A stretch of DNA of 64,000 nucleotides from the human T2T-CHM13v2.0 reference genome, Homo sapiens (GCF_009914755.1 NC_060931.1), one strand, 5' to 3'; positions 28,189-46,479 are shown, counted from the first letter of the stretch. The notes: generated by a model not told the origin, from the sequence alone. Translations and numbers: made by a program.

Positions 28189-29344
28189 CTGGAGCAAAGG
28201 GAAAAAAAGCCAGTTAGAAGTCCTCTTGCAGAACTTTGTGGATTAGCCTAAGTGATCCGTGTGTGTGCTATGTTTTCAAACTCACAACTCAGTGTGAGCT
28301 CACAGTCAGCTGTGGAACTAAAGGGGCTTACATAGCATTTTCATGGCTATCATTCCCATTTAGTACAAGGACAAAAACACTGCCTGATTATCCCCTCTTC
28401 TCAGTAATATTAAGAACCTGCTCCAAGACTATGAAACAAACTTTAAAGATAAAAGAGATTCCTAAAACATTAGTCATCTTTCATTTGTTTAGCAGGTTAA
28501 AAACCCACACTTATCAATTTAGAATGGATATAGCACAGACTCAGTGAAAGCAAGAGAAAGAAGAGTTTTAAAAGATTTCTAAGAACAGGAAGTGTATTAC
28601 AATGTCCTTTGTCTCCTTATAGTAAACGATAAACATGTGTATGTCAGGCAGTGGGCTGTGTTTGCAGCATTTTCTATGCTGTCTCAAATGCATATCCATT
28701 GGTTGCATAATGAGTGGGAAGGGGAACAGCTACATGAGGAAGCGTGATGAGAGTCCTCCATATTGCTGGCAGTAGTATGGAAGTTGTCACCTAGTTTGGC
28801 TTCTTACTCTTCTTAAAGTTCTTATAATCATGTGAAGTAGATGGCATCATAATTGCCACTTTAAAGTTATTTATTCTAATTGCTTTCATGAATGATGTGT
28901 TCTCAAGCCCAAAAACATTTTTAGTTTTCTCTGCTAATATTATTTTATATGAATCCTTTTGCCCTCTTTTCCATGTAATGAGGATCTGTTCCTACTTCTC
29001 TAAAAGTAGCCGAGTATCAGATTGCTAACAAGCTCTCAATAGCAAAAGAGTACAGTATTTGCACTCACTTATAGGATCTTGAAGAAGAGAGGAAATTAAA
29101 CCAATGTTCAATATAAAGATTTTAATAGCTTTTTCTCTGATGAGCTAATTTCTATCACTTAAGAATAAAACTATATATGAGTAGCTGCTTTAGGTAAAAA
29201 GCAGTGTGTTAGGTGTGCAGAAAGTCTGCATGGAAACTTGATTTAGGGTCCATTTGAAGAAGGATAGATGAGATAATACCAAACAGGCTGTTCTGAATCT
29301 GTCATTTTGAGTTAGTAAATTTAACCCAGAGACAGGGTTGTTAT

Positions 29345-29670
29345 TGTGATGGTGGTAAAAATATACATAACATAAAATTTACCATTTTAATCATTTTTTA
29401 GTGTACAGTTCAGTGGTATTAAATATATTCACATTGTTGTACGATCATTACCACCATCCATCTCCAGAACTTCTTCTTCCCAAAGTGAAAGTGTGTCTCT
29501 ATTAAACACTAACTCTCTATTCCTCCCCAGCCCTCTAGTTTGCAGCAGCCACCCTTCCAGTTTCTGTGATTTTGATAACTCTAGGTGTCTCCATCACTAG
29601 ACACTGGAATTTGACAGTGTTTGTCCTTTTGTGACTGGCTTATTTCACTTAGCATGACGTCTTCAAGGTT
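29345..29670 (-). mobile_element. L1MB 3' end
   Basis: catacataacataaaatttaccatttta...atcattaccaccatccatctccagaac. Confidence 0.8.
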
Positions 29671-30217
29671 GGGACAGATATTTAACTTCCCAACAATCAA
29701 TATTCTTCCAGTCTTGGTTCAAATAATCAACTCTCACCCTCTGCTGTCCCACACATGGCTATTTTAACACGTCTGTTTTAGAAAGCCATTTCCACCATGT
29801 GCTGGAAAAATGGTATCTGCCAAACATACATCTAAATTGGTTTATTCTTCACTAGGTTAACATCTGCGAAAGACATCCTTGATCCTCATTTGGTCTCTAA
29901 ACGTAACCCTCATTATGGGGGAGTTTGCTTTTCATTCTTTATATTACTATGTCATTAGAAATTTTTATAAGAATACTTAACTTTGTGGTACTAGCTTTAA
30001 ATAAAGATTTACTCTTTAGGTAGTGAAGTGTGCTTTGCAATTATTTTTCTTCTGATAATTGTTGTAGGTTTCAGTTTTTCTGTTATGAACTTATTCAAGT
30101 ATTCAAAATGACTAGAAATTTATATAATAGCTCAAATATATTTTAACCAATAAAACTATTGTGGCTTAAAATTTGTGACATTCTAAGATTGCAGTCAGCT
30201 GTGTGGAACATACTTGC

Positions 30218-31986
30218 CTTTCTTAGATGACTGTTTGCAAGTGATGACCCAGGATGCACCTATGGGCGAAGTTCTCCAGAATGGCAGGCAGCTCTGCACC
30301 TTGCCGTGGAGTTCTGGCACACCTTTGGGAATAAGACTGCAACTCTTCTCCTTTTCCTACTGATGCAACAGATCCAATGACAGCTGGGTTCTGGCCCAAA
30401 CAGGAGATAATTTTATTGCACTTTTTGAGAATCTTCTGTTTTTCCTCCTCATTGATCTTGGAAGTTTCCATCTCCCATTTTGCTCTTTGTATTAAAAGCT
30501 GAGTTGGAAGAAGACACCCTGTCTCTTGGCTTCATCTTCACCATGGACTTTATATCTTACTTGTCATTTTAGATGTCATTGTCATTACCAATTGTTTTCT
30601 TGTTCTTTTCCTCTGTACTCTTGTCCATGACAAACATGACCAGGTTTCCAGTAGCAACAATGTAAAAAACATCCGGAACCTGTTCTCATGTAACTAAAAG
30701 TCCATGTCAAGATGATAAATTTTCTGAAAATCTGTCTTTTTGATAGTAATAATGTCATGATGTTTTGTCAAAACACTCATAAATTCAAACCAAGGAATTG
30801 AGGTTCCTAACACTTCAAATTTGTCTCTGAAGAAGACTGTTCAGATATTGAAAGCCTCATCAAGGGTGATGTTCTTATTCAATTCCTTGTCTTTGAAGAT
30901 TTGGGCTGCAGAAATTTTGAAATCCTGGAGATGTACCAATAGGAAACCATCATGGCTGTGAAGCTCATCTGGCAAAATGTAAAGGAACTCATCCACTGGG
31001 TCTAATGTGCATGAAAGACATCAAAATTTAGTTTTTCAGATACACTGTGGTCTGGTGAATGGTGTGATATTGTGACATGTAATAAGAAATATATAATTGA
31101 TTTTCATCTGCATTTCATGCCCACATATCCTAAAATTATTGTAATTTCCTAAACAATATGTGTGCTGGGAGCATCTTGTTTTGTAATATTTGGTCTTTGA
31201 CCCAAGTTCTTAACACAGAACTCCTAAATGCCTTGGAAGCTTTCATTCTACTGAAGTGACTCTTGGTGGCCTTCTGAGTAGGTGCTGCTTACAGGAAAGA
31301 CCAAACCATAATTAGAAGCTTGGAATTTTTTAACCCCTCCCTTCATTCTGTCAGAAGAAAATAAAAGCTAGCAATTGAGTTAACAATGTGCCTACATGAT
31401 GAAGCTTCCATAAAAATCCCTGCAGTACAGGGTTCAGAGAGCTTCCAGGTTGGTGAACACATCCATGCGGTGGGAGGGTGGTACACGTCAACTTTACAGG
31501 AATAGAAGCTCCTGCTCTTGGAACCCTCCCAAACCTTGCCCCATGTATCTCTTCATTTATCTCTTCATTGGTACTTTTTTTTTTTATCATATCTTTTCTA
31601 CCAAACCAGTAAAATAAGTGTTCCCCTGTGTTCTGTGAGTCATTCTAGCAAATAATCAAACCTGAGGAGAGGGCTGTGGGAACCTCTGATTCTGATTGGT
31701 AGCAATTCAGTCCCGGGGAGCCACCACTTATGATTGGGTTCTGAAACTGGAGATAGTCTTATGGGACTGAGCCCTTAACATGTGGGGTCTGTGATAACTC
31801 CAGGTAGATAGTGTCAGAATTAAATTGATTATGGGACATCCAGTTTTGTTTGCAGAGAGTTGCAGAATTTCCTCGCACATTTTGGTGACAAGAGTGAAGG
31901 AGTCTGAGTAAAGAGAAAAATAGAGTTTTTCTGTAGAGAAGGGTGACATTAATCTTTTAGAATCAATTTTAATTCTCGCTTGATTT
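30218..31986 (-). pseudogene. Candidate large exon (~0.9 kb without the LTR), disrupted by a MER21 insertion
   Basis: Acceptor attctctcttccag; EIKRELKLILKD*CHPSPDHSVSEKLNFDVF..LDPVDEFLYILPDELHSHDGFLLVHLQDFKISAAQIFKDKELNKNITLDEAFNI*TVFFRDKFEVLGTSIPWFEFMSVLTKHHDI...METSKINEEEKQKILKKC...ELPAILENFAHRCILGHHLQTVI*E; donor AG|gcaagt, phase 2. Confidence 0.6.
31063..31938 (+). mobile_element. MER21-family LTR
   Basis: Begins tgtgatattgtga; tttggtctttgacc...cacagaactcctaaa; ggttcagagagcttccaggttggtgaacaca; degenerate TSD gaatgg/gaaggg. Confidence 0.8.
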
Positions 31987-32384
31987 CTGGAAGAGAGAAT
32001 GTATTTGCCTAGATCAAATATTATGGAACACTCCTGTTCGTACTGAAATTCTTAAAATTGTACTTGAAATTGGTTGTCATAACCTTCCCTATCGATCCAG
32101 GTGTTATTTTACTTTGAGGGGTTTGTTTGTTTGTTTTTATCTCCACTCAGTAAAATGGGTGGCCAAACTGTAGAACTGACCTTCAAAATTTAATTTTCCA
32201 CAGTGAAGAAGCATTCAACTAAAGTGATAACTCCAAAGTCTAAACATTTCTATCCATTTCAAATTTCCTTTGCAAGCTCTAAATCATAACAATGATTATG
32301 ATTTTCACATACAAGAAGTATCCCATTCAAATATAGGTCGTAATGAGATCAATGTTATTATGAATCAATATTAAAAAATTTTGT

Positions 32385-32460
32385 CTCAATCCTGCCACTT
32401 ATCAGCTGTTTAATCTTGAGGAAGTCACGTCACTTCTCTGAACTTGTCTATAAAATGGAA
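32385..32460 (+). mobile_element. MIR fragment
   Basis: ctgccacttatcagctg...ttgaggaagtcac...ctataaaatgg. Confidence 0.55.
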
Positions 32461-32669
32461 AGAGCAGTAAACAATTTACAATTTTCTAATAAAGAAAAAA
32501 TGGTAGTCTGATTAAGAAAGTTGTAATATATTTTATGTACCATGAATCTATCATTATATTGTTTAAATAAAAGGCTCTTGAAAATGCAAAATCAATATTC
32601 TGCTGTATTCTGTTCCCAGGTCATTTATTTCTGAAACAAAACAAAATCTTAACTTATACATTTTATAAA

Positions 32670-32965
32670 CTTTTTTATTTTTTTGAGACAGAGTCTCACT
32701 CTGTCCCCCAGGCTAGAGTGCAATGGCATGATCACAGCTCATTGCAGCTTCGACTTCCCAGGCTCAAACAATTCTCCTGCCTCAGCCTAGCCTCTCAAAT
32801 AGCTGGGACCACAGGCACACACCACTATGCTGGGCTAATCTTTTTATGTTAATTTTTATAGAGATGGAGTTTCCTTATGTTGCCCAGGCTGGTTTTAAAC
32901 TCCAGGGCTTAAGGGATCCCCCTTTCTCAGCCTCCCAAACTGCTGGGTTTACAGGCATGAGCCAT
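32670..32965 (-). mobile_element. AluJ
   Basis: gatcacagctcattgcagcttcgacttcccaggctca; tatgttgcccaggctgg. Confidence 0.88.
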
Positions 32966-33911
32966 GTAGGTCTTTCTCTTAAAAAAAAATTGTTGTATTT
33001 TAATATCATCTGTTAATGTACAAGAAGGTACAAAGTTATCTTGTTAATTTTTTTGTTGCTTAAATGTTGTGACATCAATGGAATTGAGATATATAGGTTA
33101 AAATATAACAATTATATATTTATATAATGTTGCATATTTTAACATATATTGTACTATATTTATAGTATATAGGAGTATACATTGTATATTATATAGCATT
33201 TATTATAGTCATATGTTTTTCTATCATTAAGATTATATGAAGATTAATAGAATTTGTATCTTTAATCTTCCAAATTATTCTGTTTTTTCATAAATTTTAT
33301 TAAAGCTAACCATATAAAAATGTAACTCTTAAGGCAAATTTAATAAAATCTTCAGCTGGTAGCCAATGCTAAAGTGTTAGGATGATTTAAACTAGCCGCA
33401 TTTTGTTCACTTTAGTAAGGTCTTTTCATGTCCTTTGGCTCTTAATGTGTTTGTATTTACATCAAATTATGGATTAACTGTTGTGTTAAAATTGGTCTTT
33501 TATTTCAATGAATCAGACAATAAATGTAACCAAATGAGATGTTTCCTCTTTAAGTGATGGGTGGATTGATTCAGTTGCCAATATTGACTACTCAAGCATT
33601 AGACAGGCAGTGGAGCTGACAAACATTAAAACAAAACAAAACACCACCACCACCACCAACAAAAAACAAACCACTTTGAATTCCTGTTATCGTTTTTTCT
33701 TTTTTTGCAAAAACAGTTGCTATTCAAAATATTTAAATATGAAATCTTAAATAATATGCTTAAAACCAATATTGCTTGTATTATCTATGTAATAAATCAT
33801 GTTAAACATTTTTTATCTTTAGAGACATGGTTGATTAATTTCACACATGGACACAGTCAAATGCAGTAAGAAACCTTCCTAATACTCAAATACTTTGATA
33901 TTCACATGCAC

Positions 33912-34005
33912 CTATCTTCAGGCTACTGCCTGATGCTAATGTAACCTCGGAAACAGGATTATGGCAATCATAGTAAGCAGACAATTGTATTAACCATGAC
34001 TTGTT
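33912..34005 (-). pseudogene. Candidate exon (94 nt)
   Basis: Acceptor ttttcttcctctttgaag; open frame NKSWLIQLSAYYDCHNPVSEVTLASGSSLKI; weak donor AG|gtgcat, phase 1, joins G|AA (E) of the next exon. Confidence 0.45.
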
Positions 34006-34576
34006 CTTCAAAGAGGAAGAAAATAATGTTAAATTAGTGTATATTTGTACACACTGCCTTTTTAGTAATCACATACTGGACAACACTGGACAAGTCTCAT
34101 GATTGTGTACTGGAGAGTTCATAGAGATTTGCTCTGACCGTCCCTATTTCCCACTGATCATTTTGCCTTAAGTCTTCGCTCTGCTAAGGTTCCAGAGATC
34201 AGATCACCAGCAGAATATTAAATAAATTGTAACATTTCCCTTTCTGTCTTCAATCAAATAATCCATAATTTGAAACCTAGAGATTTTTATTAATCTGTTC
34301 CCTCAAACCCGGGGCTAATATTCTGCAGTGTCCTCGGTCCCTTTTGCAAAGGATTTGCTGCCCAAAGGCTAGCTATCTGGTGAAATTGAAGGCTATCTAT
34401 GAGGACAGAAAGTAAATATGGTGGGGAAGAGGGGTCAATATTAGAGATTGTACAGTGGTCTATGTTCTGGAGAACTGACTGAAAATGGACTTAGTAACAT
34501 AGACACAGAGTATAAGGCAGATGAAATATTAGTCTGAGTACATGTTTGGAAATGTTTCAGGGTAGGTATTAGTTAT

Positions 34577-34935
34577 TGTATTAGTTCATTCTCACACTGC
34601 TATAAAGAACTTCCCAAGACTGGGTAATTTACAAAGGAAGGAGGTTTAATTGACTCCCAGATCCACATGGCTGAGGAGGCCTCAGGAAACTTACAATCAT
34701 GGGAGAAGGGGAAGCAGGCACCTTCTTTACAAGGTGGCAGGAGAGAGATGAGTGACGGAGGAACTTCCAAACATTTATAAAACCCTCAGATCTTGTGAGA
34801 ACTCACTATCATGAGAACAGCATGGGGGAAACCACCCCCATGATCCAATCACCCCTCACCAGGTCTCTCCCTCAACACCTGGGGATTACAATTGAAGATG
34901 AGATTTGGGTGGGCACACAAAGCCTAACCATATCA
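34577..34935 (-). mobile_element. THE1D/MSTA-type solo LTR
   Basis: tgtattagttcattctcacactgctataaag...cctaaccatatca; 5-bp TSD gttat. Confidence 0.9.
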
Positions 34936-35624
34936 GTTATAACATATGAGACTGGGTTCATATTTTCCATGATATGAAGCTTATTGATGAATGAGATTCC
35001 AAAGGTGATGGAGGTTTCTGCTGATTATATCACATTTAGTATATTTTGTTAAAGTTGAAGTATGACATTGTAAAAGAAACACAAAAAGAATCCATATGAT
35101 CACAAGTGTGATTTTTAAAACTTAAGAAATAGGATAGTATAATATTAACAAAACGTGCATTTAAATGCTACAGGTACCTCAAATTTAACCTGGGCAAAGG
35201 GGAATAATCAATAAATAATGCACTTTTCCTAAATTATTTTATGGCTACATAGTGCCATCATAACTCCCACATCAAAGAGATTATTGATTTTTATTTTACA
35301 AATTGAGTTTTGATATGTTTGTTATAACAAATATCACACAAATAGAAGAGTGCATAAACCCATATGTATAGCTCCTTAATAATTATAAAGTAAACAGACA
35401 TCTATCTACTGCTCTGATAAAGATGTATGGTGTTGCAAGACATCAGAAATATCTGCATGCCTTGTTTAGTCACTACTTCCTCTCAAACTTGTGCTAATCA
35501 GTTTCCTTTATGATGAAAATATTATCTTACTATCTTTAAAATAACACTCTTTCTATATACATCTTAAATCATACTCAATATAGTTGCCTGGTTTTGAGCA
35601 TTATATAAACAAAATATGCTCAAT

Positions 35625-40720
<5,096 letters not shown>

Positions 40721-41824
40721 TGCCACCCTCAACATATTTTTATTTTGACTAGTTTACTTATCTTTTAACACACTTGGAGCCATACTTGGTTACATGTATA
40801 CTATACACATGCATGTCACACATGTTCATTTGTACGAATACATACATATTAATTACATTCTTCAATTCTTCTAAAACTTTAATGACTTTTTCTTTCTATA
40901 CTATCAATCACTGAGAGTGAAATCAATATCTGCTACTATGTTTTCTGAACTTCTCATGGTAGTTCTGATCTTTTATACTTTATGTGTTTTGAAGCTGTTA
41001 TGAGATGCCAACAAATTGAAAATTTCTTCTCTTCTGTGCTCTTCGTAGGAGCCACACCTCAGGAGCTAATAAAGGCTTGTGCTTGAGAAATCACTGAGTA
41101 GACAATACTAAAATAAATTGCACACAAATACCACCTGGCTTAGGCAAATCCTACTTATTTCCTGTAACTAACTAAGTGGCAAGTATGAACAAGAGAGGAA
41201 AGAAGGTAGAAACCAAGATGTCCAGTCTGTCAGTGCCCTGACTGCCATTCACTCTCAGCTGGCACTATCTGTCACAATCTTTAGTGAAACACAGTCCTCC
41301 CTGCCATGTGGTAAATATTTGTTATGCGTTTGACAGTGTTAAACTAACTATGCACTCAGAAAAGAGGCAAGGCTTTGATGCGGTGGTTTGGAGAAGTGTA
41401 CTTTTATCCTACCTGGAAATCTTCCCATTATATCTGCTCAGTTTCTCAGCCACATTCTGAATAACATCAGCCATTATGTCATTGGTTATACAAGTTGCTT
41501 ACTACATATACCATTCTTTATCGGTACATTCTAGGTTGTTCAGTATTTTAAAAAACATATTTACAACTTTCAGTGTAGGGAATGTGTTTATCTCTCTGGG
41601 GTGAGGCAGGCATAAATGCAAACAACATGTATTTACCAAGAGTGATATACTTATCAGTACTGAGATAAACTTGTGTACAAATTTAACCATTTTGAAAAGA
41701 AAACAACTATTCAACTGCTTTGAAAAAACATGTTTGCCAGTTCACTTTAAGGAAATCATGTTTTCATGTAAAGTGTCCATTCCAAGCTAAGGCTTGTTTA
41801 CCACTTTAAAATACAGCTACACAC

Positions 41825-41944
41825 CCACAGAGTTATCACTCTGCTACAACATTCTTTTTTTTTTTTTGAGCATCTTTCCCAATGGGCTATGTACACAAAA
41901 GCTCTTTCCTTCACATCCATGTCTTCAGGAACCAGCATGAAATC
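41825..41944 (-). pseudogene. Candidate exon (120 nt, phase 0-0)
   Basis: Acceptor ctttattacatttcag; open frame DFMLVPEDMDVKERAFVYIAHWERCSKKKKECCSRVITLW; donor TGG|gtgtgt. Confidence 0.5.
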
Positions 41945-42689
41945 CTGAAATGTAATAAAGCCACTGAATAAGTATTAAAGGAAAGATGATATTTAGACTA
42001 CATATCACAGGAAAGATTATTTTAGAAACCTTATGATGCCTTTCTTCAAATGTCTAGAGAACATATTTGGAAATAAAGAACAGAGAACTGACTCTATGGT
42101 AGAGTTAGAACTAGTAGGGAAAGTTTCAAATAAATGATTTGTTTTTGAGTTAAGTATTTCCAATAACAAGCACAGTTCAAGAACAGGCTGTGCTAGTTCC
42201 TAAATTTTGAACTCCTTTTTTCAGTGTAAAAATGAAGACTCGTGGATATTATAAGGTGGAATTCTACTTCAGTAGCAAAACACTATAAGTGACCTTTGGA
42301 GCCTGCCTCTTAGGAGCTTTGTGGTCTTTGTACATGGAAGCAATAAAAATGTTTAAAGTTTCAAAGTCAAGGTTTTTTAATAAACAAGATCACTTTTTTC
42401 CTTCCTCAAAAGCTTTTTTTGTTATTGTTTTGGAAAGAAAACCTATTACTCTGATATATCAAAAGGCACCACATTAAAATAATATCTCTGTGATTACAGA
42501 AGATTTGCTGCCCTTTTTTTCTTTTGCTTTAAAATACAATGTCTTCTAAAGAAGAGCAAGACGTTTTGTAACTAATATACAAGCATGTTAAGTCTAAAAA
42601 TGTCAAAATAGTGTATATGAGAGCAACATATTCTTAATAAAATTTCAGAGGAAGGAAAACATAACCATGTTCAACAAAAAACATACTAA

Positions 42690-43390
42690 GAGTCAAACAT
42701 TAACAGATATTGGTGAGGTTGTGGAGAAAAGGGTATGCTTAAAAGCTGTTGGTGAGAATGTAAATTAGTTCAGTCACTGTAGAAAGTAGTTTGGAGATTT
42801 CTGAAAGAACTGAAATTGGGCTACCACTTGAAATTTGGACTACCTCCTCAATCTCACTACTGGGTATATACACAAAGGAAAATAAATCATTCTACCAAAA
42901 AGACACATGCACTTATATGTTCATTGCAGTGCTATTCACAATAGCAAAGACATGGATTGAACCCAGGTACCCATCAACGGTGAATTGGATTAATAAAATG
43001 TGGTACATATACACCATGAAATACTATGAAGTCATAAAAAAGAACAAAATCATGTTCTTTGCAGCAACATGCATGCAGCGAAAACCAGTATCCTAAGCAA
43101 ATTAGTGGAGAAACAGAAAACCGAATACCACAAGTTTTCACTTATAAGTAAGAGCAAAACATTGAGCATAGATGAACATAAACATGGGAATAATAGACGC
43201 TGGGGAATACAAGAAAGGGAGGAGAGGAGAGAGGGTGTAATGGTTGGAAAAAAAAACTAATTATTTGGTAGCATGTTCACCACCTGGAGGGGCAGATTAA
43301 ATTGTACTCAAAACTTCAGCACCACACAATATGCCTGCCTAAAAAACCTGCGTATGCACCCTCTGGTTCCAAAACAAAAGTTGAAAAACC
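42690..43390 (+). mobile_element. L1PB-type 3' end
   Basis: LLGIYTKENKSFYQKDTCTYMFIAVLFTIAKTW; ends aaaagttgaaaaa. Confidence 0.88.
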
Positions 43391-45047
43391 AGAAATAGGT
43401 AATAAAACAAAAAAAATGAATAGGTATTATGAAAATATAGCAGGGCTTCACAGTTATGATGGTGGTATCAAGAAGAAAGTGATCTGCCTTTCTGCATAGC
43501 TAAAAATGACTGCATCCCTAAAGGCCATGATAAATATGTATGGAAGAGGAAAAAGAATGAACTAATAATTAACACTCACTAACTCTGGCATTGATGTATG
43601 TTGCATATGAAAATGTTGATCTTCGAAATGTTATCATTTCCCTTAGCAATAAGATATAAATCTTGTCAGCCATCATTTATTTTATGTATAAATGGATATA
43701 GGACCCAACATGGAATATTGCTTCAATAATAAATGCTCCATATCTTGTGTGGTTGTCCCACTCCAATGGAGCTGTCAGCCCATGCAACACATAGCCCCTA
43801 TTCCAATATGAGAAGGAAATTATACTGGAGAGCCAGGCTCATCTAGCACTCACTCAGCAATGTGAATACATTGCTTCCTCATTCTCTGTGCTGCACCTAA
43901 TATTATATCACTTTGCATTACTGCAGAGCCAGTGTGCAAAAACTGGTATTCTCATTAGATCTGCTTGACATCTCTCAGTCAGAAACTAGCTCCTGAGAAT
44001 CTTCACATATACAAAGAATCCTATTCCTAAATGGACTGATAATAAAGAAAGGTGGCATAGAAATTGGGAAAATAGAGAAATAGAAAAATATAGTCTGTGG
44101 CTCTTAATCACAGACTCCATGCTCAAGTGTCCCCAATGATTAATTAACTTTCTGATCTAAAAATGAGTCAATGGGATTCAGGTAAATGTGGAGAAAAGAG
44201 TGAAGACTCTGCATGGATTGAAATGGGAAGCATGTTTATGTTTTCCTCCTTATAGAGACATGGCTAGAAGAACAAATGTCTCCCCCGCAAAGGCTTCCGT
44301 GTTTATTTATTGCTTGAATACTTTCTGGCAGGTACTCTGTCCAGCAGGGTGCAGGATTGAGTGAGTCAAAAATCTCTGACATTCAGGAACTCATGCAACA
44401 CACCCACTCAACATCCTCCTCAGTGTTCCAATTGGCTCACACAGCACAGAGCCTTGCCCTGTGGAATCCTGTAGAGGAATCCCTTCTAGTAGAGTATTTA
44501 AGGGAAGAGGCTGTTAATACAGCCATCTCCACTGTGGGGAAGGTTTTGGGGAAAGGGAAATTCCAAAAGCAGTACACACAACTCAGAAAATAATCCGACT
44601 CCGCATTCTCCCTTTCTCAAGAATGTTGGTAAACATCTCTCTTCTTCTCCATACCTCAAAAGGGCTCCATACCTGGTGGCCTTATGCCCACACAGCAAAC
44701 TAAGACAAAAAAATGTCATAACATACCTTCAACAACCCCCATACATCTTCTCCTCAGAGACTGTTAATTTCTCCAGCCCTACACACAACATATTCCCAGG
44801 AACACAGGAAATGTATTGCCCATTCCTTGCCAACAGCTTGCCAATACTAGTAGTGACCATGCTAGAATATCATTTTGACCTATGAATTATTATTTTGCAG
44901 TATAAATTCTTGTCCCCACTCTGGCCTCAGAGTCCCACTTCAAGCCTGTCTGAATTTGATGGCATATTTGAACATGACCTGCCCCAGCTCTAACTTTCTT
45001 AGATGCGGCATAATGCTACATACTCATACAGCCATTGGCTCACTTAC

Positions 45048-45127
45048 CACAGCTGGTGGGGGTAAGGGACAAATTGCCCCACTCAAGACTGGAGGAAGCT
45101 GTCAGGCTTGGACATTTGCTTTCATCA
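45048..45127 (-). pseudogene. Candidate exon (80 nt)
   Basis: Acceptor tctattttcacag, donor GTG|gtaagt; DESKCPSLTASSSLEWGNLSLTPTSC. Confidence 0.5.
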
Positions 45128-45179
45128 CTGTGAAAATAGATATTTATTATTCCAGTGAACCTGATCCAAGGGTACTCAC

Positions 45180-45233
45180 TCTGAGACAACAGATGACATG
45201 GAATCTTTATTCCATTCTGTGGAGAAGGCATCA
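45180..45233 (-). pseudogene. Candidate exon (54 nt)
   Basis: Duplicated acceptor ttttgcagtgatgatgcag, donor AGA|gtgagt; DAFSTEWNKDSMSSVVS; phase 2-2. Confidence 0.45.
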
Positions 45234-46318
45234 CTGCATCATCACTGCAAAATGCAAATATGGGGCTGAGGTCACATGCCAGTACCCACCAACTGCCTGC
45301 CGGAATATCCAAGTTTATTCTGCAGAGCAGACATTTAAGTTATTTGCACACAGGGTGCTATACTTTGCTTTATTCTTATTAAGAAAAGTACCATGTTATG
45401 TTAGGTAATCTAGAGGCCCAGTACATGAGGATTATGTGGGTTTTCAATACTCTAGAGAGGTTTGTTACAACTCTTCCTGCAAGGCAAGAATCATACCAAT
45501 GACTAACTAGCTTTCCTCTACCTGGAAGAAGGCCCATGTAAAGTTCTATGAATAAATGAATGAATGAATGGATGAGTGAATACAGGGAAGACGGTTAGCA
45601 CCCATTCCAAGGAAGTATATGTCATTAGAAGACTTCCTATACACTTAAAAAATATTCGGTCTCCAATTCGGCCATAATTTCCTGGTCATGCAATTGCAAA
45701 TGCATCTTTTCATGCACATTTGCCTTTACTTTGCTTTGCTTAATCTTCCATTCTCTTATTCACAAGGACTCAGGAAGTCTGCATGTCTCAAAGAAATAAG
45801 TGCTCCCTGATCTCACTGTAGCCAGTTCTTGGTTCCATTTCACCGAGAAAGTTACAGCCCAAAGAATATGTGGAAACCTTAAGCCTTTTTATTCCAATTC
45901 AAGAAAATCATGAATACTCTGATTTGTGGACAAGGTTGGGAGAGACTGAGAAAACTATTAACTCACTATTTCAACTTGTCTTTTCTGGATCTCAGGCCTC
46001 TAGGTTCCAAACTACAACTAACCCCGGGACCCATCTAGTGAATATCACACTTGCTGGGCCTCTTGTGTGTACTACTCAAGCCCTCTCCCCAAAGCCTCTC
46101 CCAGATGCACAAGGGTATTTGTCCTTAGACCACACTCTTGAGGCCAAGATTAAGAGATGTTCTTACAGCTGGCCTGGGCATCTTAGAACTCTTTCTGAAG
46201 AGACCTTATCAGTTATCTCTACTGGGGGGAGTTGGAGATTTGAAACCAGAAGCCAGGAACAATTCAGCAGAAAGCTCACCTGTGAGCACCTCCTGCCACA
46301 CTCAGCATGCAGGGTTAC

Positions 46319-46381
46319 CTGCTGTCATTCAGAACAAGAGTACTAGCTTGGGGCATTCCAAGAGACGTTCTGGTCCCAGAC
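46319..46381 (-). pseudogene. Candidate exon (63 nt)
   Basis: Acceptor ctctttacctag, donor CAG|gtaacc; SGTRTSLGMPQASTLVLNDS; phase 2-2, in frame with both neighbours. Confidence 0.45.
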
Positions 46382-46479
46382 CTAGGTAAAGAGTCTGGTC
46401 CTCTTCAAGGCAATGAAAGAAACCTCTATGTCCATGAAGGAATGATGTGATATGATGTGCTTTCATTACTACCAGAACT

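Noticed and set aside
30223-30471. 82-aa ORF as a stand-alone gene or processed pseudogene
   Set aside because: No poly-A or TSD; it is flanked by splice signals and better explained as the tail of a larger decayed exon.
42293-44699. Two tiny possible exons (YKDHKAPKRQAPK near 42293-42332; LLCGHKAT near 44673-44699)
   Set aside because: One lacks an AG acceptor and the phases could not be reconciled with neighbours; too short to support by eye.
44875-45408. Longest ORF in the track (177 aa, plus strand)
   Set aside because: Non-ATG start and no recognisable motif; it lies antisense to two minus-strand exon-like units and is probably a chance or shadow ORF.
45870-46346. 158-aa plus-strand ORF
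   Set aside because: GTG start, no recognisable homology and no supporting gene structure.
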